Assembly: GCA_951406725.2 (NCBI GenBank)
Contig: OX597817.1
Coordinates: 135,346,001 to 135,410,000, forward strand
DNA length: 64,000 nucleotides
Direction: 5' to 3'
Source: Octopus vulgaris
Lineage: Eukaryota
A program made the position numbers and the translations under genes. Below the pieces are notes generated by a model. It was not told the DNA's origin. It was given only the letters and a program-made list of their open reading frames with translations, and searched no databases. Below are positions 28,854 through 41,277 of the stretch, piece by piece. Numbering within the stretch: the first letter of the stretch is position 1; each line of letters starts with the position of its first letter.

Positions 28854-29010
28854 ATAAAGAGAATAGGAAGTGCCAGATAACTGACTTTGCAGTCCCAAAT
28901 AATGAGAAAGTCGATATGAGATGTATAGAGAAAATAGCAAAGTACCAGGACATAGCCATTGAATTACAGAGACGGGTAAAATGTATCCTTATAGTTACAG
29001 GTGCATTAGG
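26300..29010 (+). mobile_element. Large decayed R4/Dong-like LINE (RT, CCHC, RLE) with many stops and frameshifts
   Basis: YRPIPCL, DYYKKSYDMISHYWI, KRGIFQCASLSPLIF, NHLLYIYHLKL (decayed YxDD), AAQNQAL, CQLCKSKEESVTHIVCEC, RHD, PDLVVV...D.AVP. Confidence 0.92.
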
Positions 29011-29333
29011 AAGAAGAAGACGAAGAAGAAGAAGAAAAGGAAGAAGAAGAAGAAGAAGAAGAAGAAGAAGAAGAAGAAGAAGAAGAAGAAGAAGAAAAAG
29101 AAGGAGAGGAGGAAGAAGGAGGAGGAGGCGGAGAAGGAGGAGGAGGCGGAGAAGGAGGAGGAGGAGGAGAAGAAGGGGGATGATGATGATGATGATGATG
29201 AAGAAGAAGAAGGAGGGGGAGGAGGAGGAGAGAAGAAGAAGAGGAAGAAGGAGGAGGGGAGGGGATGATAATGAAGAAGAAGAAGAAGAAGAAGAAGAAG
29301 AAGAAGAAGAAGAAGAAGAAGAAGAAGAAGAAG
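29011..29333. repeat. (GAA)n/(GAG)n/(GAT)n purine-rich microsatellite
   Basis: Direct reading. Confidence 0.95.
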
Positions 29334-29950
29334 ATACCGGATATAGTTGTTAGAGGTCAGCAAGAAAAGAAATGCCTTCTAATCGATGCATTAATACCAA
29401 CAGATGACAATGTATCTCTAACAGAAACGGAGAATATAGCCAGGCTTGTCCATTGGACACTTTGCAACAAGTATGGACTTGACAGAGCAAAAAGATTGAT
29501 ACGACCACAAACCCGAAAGCATCATCGAAAATAAAAATGCAAAGATCCTATGGGATTTTATGATTCAGTGCGACCATGAGATAGAGAATAAGAAGCCAGA
29601 CATGGTCTCAATTGAGAAAGAAAACTATGCTGTATCATAGATATAGCATGCCCAGCTGACAAAACAAGGTATGCGATAAGGAAGAGAGAAAAGTCGAGAG
29701 ATATGACAGGTTAGCTTGGGAAGTTAAGCAGTTGTGGTCGATGAAAGAAAGGTAGCAGTGAGCAAAAATCTCGAGAAGTACGTGGAACAAATAGGGGCTG
29801 CAATAAGGGTGGAGCACTTGCAGAAAACAGCATGGAACCGCTCGAATACTCCAGAAGGTGCTCGAAAAGTAAGAGGTGTTAACCTTAGTTCACTGGTAGT
29901 GAACAGCTGACACTGTAGTACATCTCCAGCGTTAGAAGCTGTGCAAAGGC
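29334..29950 (+). mobile_element. Two fused RLE LINE 3' fragments ending in (TAA)n
   Basis: PDIVVRGQQEKKCLLIDALIPTDDNV (29336-29432) followed by the 2560-3120 family including its 3' UTR. Confidence 0.85.
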
Positions 29951-29999
29951 AATAATAATAATAATAATGATGATAATAATAATAATAATAATTATAATC

Positions 30000-30390
30000 C
30001 TTTCTACTATAAGCACAATGCCTGAAATTTGGTGGGAAGGGCCTAGTCGATTACATCGACCCCAAAATCAACTGGTACTTAATTTATCGACCTTGAAAGG
30101 ATGAAAGGCAAAGTCGACCTCAGCAGCATTTGGACTCAGAATGTAGCGACGGGTGAATTACCGCTAAGTATTTCGTCCAGCGTGCTTAGAGGATCGTTAA
30201 CACTTCGGACCGAAATGCTTAGCGGCATTTCGTCCATCTTTACATTCCGAGTTCAAATTCCGCTGAGGTCGACTTTGCCATTTATCCTTTCGGGATTGAT
30301 AAAGTAAGTATCATTTGAGGATTGGGATCAATGTAATCGATTAAACAACCTCCCCAGAAATTGCTGCCTTATGCCAAAATTCGAAGCCAG
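30000..30390. mobile_element. Head-to-head inverted pair of family A SINEs
   Basis: Minus copy about 30000-30187 and plus copy about 30193-30390. Confidence 0.8.
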
Positions 30391-30469
30391 TAAATATATA
30401 TATATGTGCGCGCGCGTGTGTGTGAATACACATATATTCGAAAACTTCTAATATAAGCAGATAAATATA

Positions 30470-30985
30470 ATGGCTTCAGTTTTGGGGAGAAGGCCAGCAA
30501 TTTCCAGGTGGGAAGGGGGTTAAGTCGATTACATTGATCCCAGTACACAACTGGTACTTATTTTATCGATCCCGAAAAGATGAAAGGCAAAGTCGACTTT
30601 GGTGGAATTTGAACTCAGAATGTAAAGACAGACGAAATGCCGCTAAGTAGTTGCGGACTGGCCAGGTTACCAGCTTTGCAGATGACAAGTGGGCCCCTGC
30701 ACCGTTAGAATCCATATATGGGGGCTCATGTTAGTATCTAAGGGGCTCATCACATCAAGTTTGAGAAATTTTTTTATTCACTCCTAGAAGAATACATTAT
30801 TTCAGCCTGGCTGTGTTTATAAACAGTTGAAAAGAATACTTTTAACGAAAGAAAAATTAAATGATAGCATTGTAGTTGCGGGTGGGCCCCATTAGTCTCC
30901 TGGCAAACAATATTTTTAGACCCAGTCCGCCACTGCCGCTAAGCATTTTGCTCGGCGTGTTAACAATTGTGCCATCTCGTCACCA
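30470..30985 (-). mobile_element. SINE family A split by a hAT MITE
   Basis: Body 30470-30647; head resumes at 30936. Confidence 0.8.
30648..30935. mobile_element. hAT-type MITE, 288 bp
   Basis: Imperfect TIRs TAGTTGCGGACTGG / CCAGTCCGCCACTG; exact 8-bp TSD CCGCTAAG at 30640-30647 and 30936-30943. Confidence 0.85.
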
Positions 30986-31326
30986 GAGGCAGATAAACAT
31001 AATGGTACCAAGCAGCCTAACCTGCATAAAGTTGGAATTGTCCCCCGTAGGGACCGGAATAGTAAATTAGCTAAAAACTGGTATTGTCTTTTCCACATCG
31101 CATATTTTTTTCTAGTTAGCATATTTGCCTAAACTGTTCTTCTTCAGTTAGATGAGACGTCTTTCAGTAATTTTTTCTGGCTGCTATTTTCTATAAAATT
31201 ATCTAAGGACACAAAATTAAGGAGTTAAAAAAAAAGGGAAATAAATTGGATTAAACAGGATAAGGCTGGATTAGACTGGAATTAAATGAAGGGGATTGTC
31301 ATCGGATTTGATGCACAGCTGTAAGC

Positions 31327-31765
31327 ATGTGTGAATGTGCGTGTGTGTGTGTGTGTCTGTGTGTATGTGTATGCGTGTATGTATATGTGCGCGTATTCGT
31401 GTGTGCGTGTGTTCGTGTGTATGGATGTGTGTGTGTGTGAGAGAGAGAGGGAGTGTGTGTGTGTGTTTGCGTGTGTTCGTGTGTGCGTGTGTGTGTATAT
31501 GTGTGTGTGTGCGTATGTGTGTATGAGAGAGAGTGTGTGTCTGCGTGCGTGTATGTTCGTGTGTGCGTGCGTGTGTGTTCGTGTGTGCGTGCGTGTGTAT
31601 GTGTGCTTGTCTGCTTTTGTTCGTGTTTGCGTGTGTGCGTGTGTGCGTGTCAGAGAGAGAGAGAAGGTGTGTATGTGTGTATGTGTGAGAGAGAGAGTGT
31701 GCGTGTGCGCGTGTGTTCGTATGTGCGTGTGTGTGTATATGTGCGTATGTGTGCGTGTGTGTGTG
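31327..31765. repeat. Degenerate (TG)n/(GA)n tract
   Basis: Direct reading. Confidence 0.93.
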
Positions 31766-32319
31766 TTGTCCTTTTCCGTCATTGGTCGACACTATTGCAG
31801 AGTCAGTCACTTAAAACCACCTCACCTCTGCCTGGGTTGTTTTCAGACCCAAATGCCTGTCCTCAACTACAATCGTCCATCTTTTCCCTAACGAATAATC
31901 AAAGAAGGAAACAGAAGCCAATATGTTCGCAGCATCCATGGAATTGCATCCGATGCCAGATATCGATTATGTCCGCACACATCAGCATTCTGATCCCTCC
32001 TTCGGTATTTTCTGTAGGAGTTTACACCTTCAACATTTTCAAAACGTTCAATAAATTGTCCCAAAAGGCAGCGGGTGTTTATTATTCGCGTGGCTTTATG
32101 GTTTGTGCAGAGCCAAACCCACCCTCTTGTCCTTCAAACTTCTATAAGTCTGGTGCAGCAAGTGCCAAGTTATCAGGATGCAGGATTAATATGGAGTTAC
32201 CTACTATTCGATGAGCAGACAAGAGAGCTAATTGCCCTCATCAGCCTGGCTCCGTTGCAATGTCTGTGAAGGGCCTTCTGCCAGAGGCAATTTGGGACAT
32301 GCTAATTAACCCATAACTA

Positions 32320-32534
32320 AAAGGCGGCGAGCTGGCAGAATTATTAGCACGCCGGGCGAAATGCTTAGCGTCATTTCTCTCGGCGCTATATTCTGAGTTC
32401 AAATTTCGACGCGGTTGACTTTGCCTTTCATCCTGTCGGGGGTCGATAAATTAAGTACCAGTTGCATACTGAGGTCGATCTAATCGACTTGACCCCTCCC
32501 TCAAAATTTCGGGCCTTGTGCCTAGAGTAGAAAA
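32320..32534 (+). mobile_element. SINE family A, full length with 17-bp TSD
   Basis: TAATTAACCCATAACTA at 32303-32319 and 32535-32551. Confidence 0.92.
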
Positions 32535-32716
32535 TAATTAACCCATAACTAGAACATTGATGGGTGCTACTACTCCGGTTCAAAGTAGACACGGTAACAA
32601 TAATGGTTAAGAGATTTTTCCATACTCCTCAAAACCCAAGAACTCTCTAACCAGGGCCCCACTACTGTATGCACTTTAAAATAATTTCCTGGACAATGTA
32701 TGTGTACATGTATGCA

Positions 32717-32748
<32 letters not shown>

Positions 32749-33654
32749 TGTGTAGACCGGTGTTCGTAGCTAATTACTTTTAGCCAATCCTTGAGAAAGC
32801 AACAGTTGAAACTGGTAGCATACGTAAATCTGTTTGCGTATGCGTTTGTCTAAGCACGTTTGTGTATAGATTTGAAAACGTGTTGTGTGTATGTATGCAC
32901 GTTCTTGTGTAAGTGGCTGCGCGTGTGATATAATGAACGTGTGTATATGTGGTGTGTACATGTACGTGTGTATGATAAAGATACAACCTGACAGAAAGAC
33001 AGACAGAAAGACGGACGAGTAGAGTTCAACGTTCTGTGTGTCTTGAAAAGTAGACATCGGTTGAATATCGTAAATAAACATCGTCTGTCAACGTCAAACG
33101 TTACTTTTATGTCGACGTCTGCCGAGGCACACGACATACTGTGTCTACTTACAAAATGCATTATTTCACTTCTTACACTTCGCTATATCTACAGTAACAA
33201 ACACGAACACTTTATTCTACATATACACGGCACCAACAATGAAAGCAACACTTTGGTAATATTCACTTGGCACATAATAAAACATTGCCCACTTATTATG
33301 ACTGCGCAGTGACTGATCATGATAAATTGCCAAGATGTTTTATAAATTAGTTTAATGATATTAAAAACAAATTAGTAAGTATTATCGTGGCTATCAAATA
33401 GTAATGTCTGCTGTTTGTTTAGAGAGGTGAATATATGCTTCTGTGTCTATGGAAAGACAATTGGGAAAACAAAATATAAACAGCCAATTGTCAGAAATCA
33501 TAATTGAATTCAATTTAACAAAGGAAGACAAGGAAAAACAGACGATGATGATTTCAAATATTTGGCACAAGGTCAAAAATTGTAGGATAGGAAGAAGGTC
33601 GATGACATCGACTCCAGTACTCAAATGGTACTTACTTTATACGAACATTTCAGA

Positions 33655-34271
33655 GTGTTTGGGTATTAATCTGAGGACATGGACCGAGAGTGATAAAAAT
33701 CAAACACCCAGTCAACATCATGGTATTTGGGATGATCAGTAGTGATGGCGAGGTTATACCTCCGTTCATCTTCTCACACGGTCTCAGACTCAACACGGAT
33801 GCCTACATCAAGTGCCTGGAGGAGGTAGAGCTGCCCTGGGGGAAGACGGTGGCTGCTGGAAGACCCTATGTCTGGCAACAGGATTCTGCCCCATGTCAGA
33901 CAATTTCTGCGACCCCATCACCTCTAACATCTGGCCACCTAGCTCTCCAGATTGCAACTCCCTTAATTATTATGTGTGGGGTGCAGTTGAGCGAGAGACA
34001 AACAAAATTCTTTGTAACAACAAAGATGAACTGCAGGCAAGGATTATGGCAGCATTCACCAACTTAAACAAGGAGACCGTCCAGAAGAGTTGTAGGAGAT
34101 TCCGAAGTTGTCAGGAGGCTTTGGTTGAAGCCAACGGCGATTTTATTGAATAAATTTACTCTTTCGAGATATCTTTATGTGTTTTTGGTAAATACATCTG
34201 TTAAAATGAGATATAAGTGTTATTTTCACTTTCGCGTAACTCAGACGACAATTTATCCACCGCGCGCCCTG
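33655..34271 (+). mobile_element. 3' part of Tc1/mariner-superfamily transposon (DD37D/maT-like), frameshifted
   Basis: IMVFGMISSDG...WQQDSAPC and WPPSSPDCNSLNYYVWGAVE...VEANGDFIE*; ends CCCTG|TA. Confidence 0.85.
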
Positions 34272-34585
34272 TATATATAATATATATATATATATATATA
34301 ATTTCAACAATTGAGGGTAAAATTAATTAATTATTAATCAATTTCACCAAGTATTCAGTATGTAAAGGGACCATTTTAGGCGAATTCAAAATATTACATT
34401 ATATATAAGGGCTTAGTAAAATAAATTACTTTGCCACATACTGAACTCATTAGAAATAGCAGCTAAAGAAATTTCTTCAGCTATTTCTAATACTTAAAGA
34501 AGATCTCTCTCAGATAGTGTTTGCCTAAACCAACTCACAAAGGTATGGGGGAAAAAACATTAAAAAATCAAGTGCAAAGGTTATT

Positions 34586-34637
34586 TGAGAACGTACGTTT
34601 CTAGATTAGTCAATTCGACATTTCTTTCGTCAGCTCA
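34586..34637 (-). ncRNA. Minimal type I hammerhead motif, copy 1
   Basis: tgag-CTGACGA-aaga...tcta-GAAAC-GTAC-GTT-ctca. Confidence 0.75.
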
Positions 34638-35142
34638 GAATTCCTTGAATCGGATTTGGGAACACTGAAAGTTGGGAGCATACCCTTTCGGCTTCTTATC
34701 ACTTCTAGAATTCTGCTCGAACTAAAAGTGCTACCAAATTCGAATATGCAAGCGAAGAATTTCTGCTCTCCCCTTTCCACCAGCGTGGGTTAAAATTGAC
34801 AAACACCATGTATTAACGGTGAAAACCGCAGCATTTAACAGAGAAAGATGAATTATAATTTCAACAATTGAGGGTAAAATTAATTAATTATTAATCAATT
34901 TCACCAAGTATTCAGTATGTAAAGGGACCATTTTAGGCGAATTCAAAATATTACATTATATATAAGGGCTTAGTAAAATAAATTACTTTGCCACATACTG
35001 AACTCATTAGAAATAGCAGCTAAAGAAATTTCTTCAGCTATTTCTAATACTTAAAGAAGATCTCTCTCAGATAGTGTTTGCCTAAACCAACTCACAAAGG
35101 TATGGGGGAAAAAACATTAAAAAATCAAGTGCAAAGGTTATT

Positions 35143-35194
35143 TGAGAACGTACGTTTCTAGATTAGTCAATTCGACATTTCTTTCGTCAGCTCA
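35143..35194 (-). ncRNA. Minimal type I hammerhead motif, copy 2
   Basis: Identical to copy 1, 557 bp away. Confidence 0.75.
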
Positions 35195-35480
35195 GAATTC
35201 CTTGAATCGGATTTGGGAACACTGAAAGTTGGGAGCATACCCTTTCGGCTTCTTATCACTTCTAGAATTCTGCTCGAACTAAAAGTGCTACCAAAGTGCT
35301 ACCAAATTCGAATATGCAAGCGAAGAATTTCTGCTCTCCCCTTTCCACCAGCGTGGGTTAAAATTGACAAACACCATGTATTAACGGTGAAAACCGTTCG
35401 AGCAGAATTCTAGAAGTGATAAGAAGCCGAAAGGGTATGCTCCCAACTTTCAGTGTTCCCAAATCCGATTCAAGGAATTC

Positions 35481-35532
35481 TGAGCTGACGAAAGAAATGT
35501 CGAATTGACTAATCTAGAAACGTACGTTCTCA
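35481..35532 (+). ncRNA. Minimal type I hammerhead motif, copy 3 (inverted arm)
   Basis: tgag-CTGACGA...GAAAC-GTAC-GTT-ctca on the + strand. Confidence 0.75.
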
Positions 35533-36139
35533 AATAACCTTTGCACTTGATTTTTTAATGTTTTTTCCCCCATACCTTTGTGAGTTGGTTTAGGCAAACA
35601 CTATCTGAGAGAGATCTTCTTTAAGTATTAGAAATAGCTGAAGAAATTTCTTTAGCTGCTATTTCTAATGAGTTCAGTATGTGGCAAAGTAATTTATTTT
35701 ACTAAGCCCTTATATATAATATATATATATATATATATAATCCATCGCGACAAAAGCAGTATGAATACCAGAAGGTAATGTTGATCTCCGTAACGTGGAT
35801 GTTATGTTAGAACACAGAATGCTGCCATATTGAAAGGATGTCTCATAAGAATTCATGGTATATAAAAGTACTTTTATTTATATAAGTTATACATTCAACA
35901 TATTTTTATATGTTTTTTTTTTAATATTTTTATATATTTTGATACATTCGATATATTTTCTCGGTTCATGTTCGTTAATAATATCTGTATGTTTAGACCG
36001 TACCTATCGAAGTGTTGAGTCATGTCTTAAATATTATCACTTTACAAACTAAAATAAAATCATTTACAAACACTGTCTGTGCTACGTGCTGTTATCACCT
36101 ACCTGTCCTTTTTTCTATGCCAATATTGTAGTTGTTGAA

Positions 36140-36367
36140 GGGCGGCGAGCTGGCAGAATCGTTAGCACGCCGGGCGAAATGCTTAGCGGTATTTCATCTG
36201 TCGTTACGTTCTGAGTTCAAATTCCACCGAGGTCGACTTTACCTTTCATCGTTTCGGGGTCAATTAAATAAGTACCAGTTACGTACTGGGGTCGATGTAA
36301 TCGACTTAAACCCTTTGCCTAGCCTTGTTTGTCCCCTCTGTGTTTAACCCCCTGTGAGCAATAAAAA
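36140..36367 (+). mobile_element. SINE family A with 15-bp TSD
   Basis: AATATTGTAGTTGTT at 36122-36136 and 36368-36382. Confidence 0.92.
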
Positions 36368-36729
36368 AATATTGTAGTTGTTTAACACAGGGTCGATACT
36401 GATCGAATATACTTGTTCATCAATGGTATTCTAACCGTGACCATCTCGCTGTTTAGATGAATCAAGAATTACATTAATGAATGTATCTTTCCATTAAGTG
36501 TGATTCGAGGGAGATTTAGCTGCCATTTCTAACTAGTCGAGCGAATAAAAACAGGCATACACACATGGAGGTACCATGGTATCGACCAACACCCATCCCT
36601 TAAAAAAAAACTGGTCTTGTACCAAAATTTCAAAACATTATTGTTGTTGTTGTTGTTGATGATGATGATGATAATGACGACGACGTTGATGGTGGTGGTG
36701 GGGGTGATGATGATGATGATGATGATAAT

Positions 36730-37020
36730 TGGACTCAGGTTCGTTTTTATTCCTGGTAGGATTTATACGGGTAGTGGGTTACTACCCGTAACCTTAGGTA
36801 TCCACAAGCTTTCAGCAGTCTTTCAAGAGTTTAGAACCCTCCTGATCATCTTTCCTGTCCCCTAAGAAGCAAACTTTCTGTAGAATCTCTACAGGACATT
36901 CTATTCCAATCTCCTTCAACCATTTGCCTCTATCTTTGCTTACAGTTCCCAATGCACCAATTACTATAAACACATTGACTGTTTTCATATTCCAAATTCT
37001 TGCAATTTCAAATTGCAAAT
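36730..37020 (-). mobile_element. RLE LINE 3' end between trinucleotide tracts
   Basis: LQFEIARIWNMKTVNVFIVIGALGTVSK...EILQKVCFLG and 3' UTR. Confidence 0.8.
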
Positions 37021-37051
37021 TATTGTTGTTGTTGTTGTCGTTGTCGTTGTT

Positions 37052-37750
37052 AAGCGGTGAGCTGGCGGAATCGTTAGCACGCCGAGCAAAATGCTTAATA
37101 GTATTTCGTCCGTCTTCACGTTTTGAGTTCAAATTTCGCCGTGGTCGAGTTTGCTTTTTATCCTCTCGGGGTCGATAAAATAAGAACCATTTGATCATTG
37201 GGGGTCGATGTAATCGATTTATACCCTCTCGAAAAATTGCTAGCCTTGTGCCAAAATTTGGAACCGTTGTTGTTGTTGTTGCTGTTGTTGCTCTAGTTAA
37301 GGCGGTGAACTAGCATAATCGTTAACACGCCGGGCGAAATGCTTAGCGGCATGTCGTCCGTCGCTACGTTCTGAGTTCAAATTCCACCGAGGCCGACTTT
37401 GCCTTTCATCCTTTCTGGATCGATGAAACAAGTACCTGTTACGTACTGAGGTTTATGTAATCGACTTACTCCCTCCCCCAAATAACAGGCCTTTTGCCTA
37501 TAGCAAAAACCATTATTATTATTATTATTATTATTATGATTAGAAACGTAGCTCTAAGGCGGCGAACTGGCAAAATCGTTAGCATGCAGGACGAATTGAT
37601 TGGCGACATTTCGTCTGTCTTTACATTCTGATGACGGCTTTGGCTTTCATCCTCTCGAGTTCGATACCAGTGTTTCACTGGATTCGATGTCATAGACCAG
37701 TCCCCTCCCGAAAAATGTCAAGCCTTGTGCCTTTAGGGGAAAGGATTATT
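37052..37750 (+). mobile_element. Three consecutive family A SINEs (about 37052-37265, 37300-37510, 37558-37745)
   Basis: Three (G)GCGGYGARCT heads, each followed by the core. Confidence 0.85.
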
Positions 37751-37939
37751 AGAAACAGCTAATTCCTCGAAGACTGTGAATTTGGATATGCTTGTGTGAC
37801 ATTTCTTGCAATAACAGTTAACTATTATATACCTTCCATCAGTCTCGTCTAAGTCTTTTGCAGGACACTGCAAGTGAGAGGAATTAAAAGTTTTAGAATT
37901 TATATTGTGCTAATGATCAGCGCATACTTTTATATAGAG

Positions 37940-38342
37940 CAAAGGTTCTTAACCCATTTTGGCCAGAGGCCCCATTTTGACCCTGGAGTCACAAATGCCC
38001 CCACCCCCACCCCACCCCGTAGGAAATACTTTTATTTTTCAATATACTACCTATTTCGATATCAGCAGATAATGATTAAAAAATAAAGAACGTTGTTTTA
38101 CACATGCGCTTGTACGCAGCCGCGAGTACAGATGTACAAATTGAAATGCAGAAAAAAAAATGAAATAAAAAATTGAAAGTTTGGTAATTGCGTTTATTTC
38201 CACCACGTGGCACTTATGAGATCAACACGTTGTCTATTTAAAGAGTGCTCTTTGTACAAGGAGCCCCTTTGCTCCAAAACACCCCGCTCGAGCTCCAAAT
38301 GACCTCCTTGGGGGGGCATATAGCTCCCGTTGAGAACCTTAG
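37940..38342. mobile_element. Possible old hAT-type MITE
   Basis: Imperfect TIR CAAAGGTTCTTAAC / GTTGAGAACCTTAG; no clear TSD. Confidence 0.4.
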
Positions 38343-38983
38343 AGTATAATATTGATATAACCTGACAGAGAGAGAGAGAGAGAGAGAGAGGTGGCAATGT
38401 TGGCCAAATATCTCCCAACCGTTAACCCCTACTCAATCTTTTCTCCTGTCGTTTTGGTTAACCTAACAAAACATTTGACAAACAAAGACAGAGCGATTGA
38501 TTATTTCATTATTTTGCTTAATTATAAAACGACATAAGGAATAATTTGATGAGGAATAAATGTCTTATAATTGTTTGGTTTGACAGTTATAGAAGAGGAG
38601 AAGAATATCCTCTCATTTCAAACTAATTTATCACAAGTTTGGTCATTAAATTCCTTTGCTAGAATCAACCGCAAAGAAGTTTGTAATATCCGCACTTATG
38701 CTACATTATAGCCTAATCTACTCTAGGTTAATCTAATCTATCATAAAATAGAACCTTTTAGAATAGACTATATCTATCATCTTCACTTCTACATCGCCTG
38801 CCGCCTCAGTCTTTCTCTTTTCTCTTTTTCTTTTCCTTTATCTCCCTTCTTCACCATGAAGGATGGCTGGTAAGCAGTATATATATATATATAGTGAGAA
38901 TTTACAAAAAAAAACAAAAGACGAAGACGGGTGAGTAAACAACAAAGTGATGTATTAGTTTAACGCTCGAGAAGTGAGAAAGT

Positions 38984-39019
38984 CTTTTACGTTTCGAGCC
39001 TACGCTCTTCAACAGAAAG
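38984..39019 (-). ncRNA. Variant minimal hammerhead motif (CUGUUGA core)
   Basis: Minus strand cttt-CTGTTGA-a-gagc-gtag-gctc-GAAAC-GTA-aaag in a (TA)n-flanked element at about 38890-39080. Confidence 0.6.
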
Positions 39020-39555
39020 GAACACAGAAATAAACAGGGAGAGTAAAAGGTATAGTGGCTAGCGATCTATCATGACGAATGATATATATATATATATATA
39101 TATTGGTAAAACGGTAAGATAACAAAAGAAAGAAAGAGACCTCAATATTATGTAAATAGAGGAAATTTATCTATACAATAATGTAACATATTATTGTGTA
39201 TATATATATATATATATTCTAGTTTCAGCTCAGAGCTGCGGCCATGCTGATGCACCGCCGTTTTGTGCTACACTGTTATTACTAAGAGCCTCCTCTAATA
39301 TGTGGCACTTGGTAAAGAATGGAGTTGATGATATAGCTACCCTCATTTGCACTTCTTGCCGTGAGGTAGGTTCATCTGGGACTCTTTGGGAGAATATTAA
39401 AAAGCTGTGGGCCCTTGAAACCCAGGCTGTTGCAGCAACTGGTCCTGAAGCGTGATGGCATTACTGGGATCTTTAGCACTATGCAGTGTCGTCCCGTCTG
39501 GCATTGGTGTAGCTTTTAATGCCAAAATTTGGCACAATTCCTTCCAGGATCTTCC

Positions 39556-39606
<51 letters not shown>

Positions 39607-39609
<3 letters not shown>

Positions 39610-40212
39610 GTGTATATTTAGGAATAAACCACTCGGTGGATAACCATACGCTAGACGAAGATCACATACGATCTAACTACAAAGAAAGAATGTTCTCCAG
39701 AGAAAATTCAGTGTATGTTAAAATGAATAGGTTCTCTAATTGGCAACATTAACTGCAGTAATTTATCTGCCGCAGAACTTTTTCCGGAATTTAGCGCGCC
39801 AGAACTTAGCCGTTTGAAAATAACCCCAATGTAATCGGTAGAATTAAGCACATTTCCAGTTTTATATGGAAGTGGAACGATCGTACTAGCGAGTCTGCGG
39901 ACGAAGGATTACGTAAGTAATTTATTCGGTAATAGACGGAACCGGTATACGATTAATTCTCGATTTTTATATAATTTTCATCTGTCTTGCCCGCTTATTT
40001 TCTAGTTTTCTCTGGAGAACATTCTTTCTTTGTAGTTAGATCGTATGTGATCTTCTTCTAGCGTATGGTTATCCACTTAGTGGTTTATCCCTAAATATAC
40101 ACGTATTGAAATTTTTTCTGATTTTTCAAATTTTTTATATATACTAGGCTACTGGTTTTAAATTGATATTAATTAAATTAATATTCAATTTATCTCACTC
40201 ATTATTTAAATG
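39607..40212 (+). mobile_element. (TA)n-embedded fold-back element related to 48268-48861
   Basis: 100-bp inverted arms 39607-39706 / 40006-40105. About 40140-40210 is similar to the reverse complement of 48268-48345. GGAAC-GATC-GTA remnant at 39874-39885. Confidence 0.75.
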
Positions 40213-40221
40213 TTATATATA

Positions 40222-40280
<59 letters not shown>

Positions 40281-40303
40281 GTATGTATATATATATATAT
40301 ATA

Positions 40304-40352
<49 letters not shown>

Positions 40353-40419
40353 ATATATTTATATATATATATATATATATACGTATTATATTTATGTATA
40401 TATGTTTATACATGTGGGT

Positions 40420-40571
40420 GCAGGAGTAGCAGTGTGGTAAGTAGCTTGCTTACCAAGCACATGGTTCTGAGTTCATTCCCACTGCGTGGCACCTTGGACA
40501 AGTGTCTTCCAATATAGCCTTGTAAGGCTTTGTAAGTGGATTTGGTAGACGGAAACTGCAAAAAGCCAGTC

Positions 40572-40609
<38 letters not shown>

Positions 40610-40835
40610 GTGTGTGAGTGTGTGTTTATGTGTCTATGTTTGTCCCCACAACATCGCTTGACAACCGATGCTGGTGTGTTTACGTCCTCCTAACATTAGC
40701 GGCTCGGCAAAAGAGACCGATCGAATAAGTACTAGGCATACAAAGAAAAAGTCCTGGGATCGATTTGCTCGACTTAAGGCGGTGCACCAGTATGGCCACA
40801 GTCAAATGACTGAAACAAATAAAGGAATAAAAGAA
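40420..40835 (+). mobile_element. SINE family B, full length, with internal (TA)n/(TG)n tract
   Basis: Head 40420-40573, microsatellite, tail 40630-40835. Confidence 0.88.
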
Positions 40836-40878
40836 TATGCATATATATATATATATATATATATATTCATATACATAT

Positions 40879-40999
<121 letters not shown>

Positions 41000-41148
41000 A
41001 CTGCTTACATACTGTATTATGTATGTATACATACATACTGCTTACTACCTATTCTTCATGGTCAAGAAAGGAGATAAAAGAAAGGGAAAAAGAGAAAGGA
41101 TGAGGAGGCAGCCGATGTAGAAATAAAATTGGTAGACACACGCAAGTA

Positions 41149-41218
41149 TATTCAATTTTCTTTTTGCACGGTTTTCAAATAACACGGTCCAACGAGAAGA
41201 ACCGATTACTTTTTTGCA

Positions 41219-41277
<59 letters not shown>

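Larger units (their letters stand above)
34301..35720 (-). mobile_element. Non-coding hammerhead element: 557-bp tandem direct repeat plus 325-bp fold-back, in (TA)n
   Basis: 34301-34828 repeated at 34858-35396 (one 11-bp duplication); about 35396-35720 is the reverse complement of about 34955-35279. Confidence 0.9.

Noticed and set aside
31790-32270. Non-repetitive ORF tail (31453-32214) as a host exon
   Set aside because: No recognisable domain or convincing splice sites; ORF start is (TG)n
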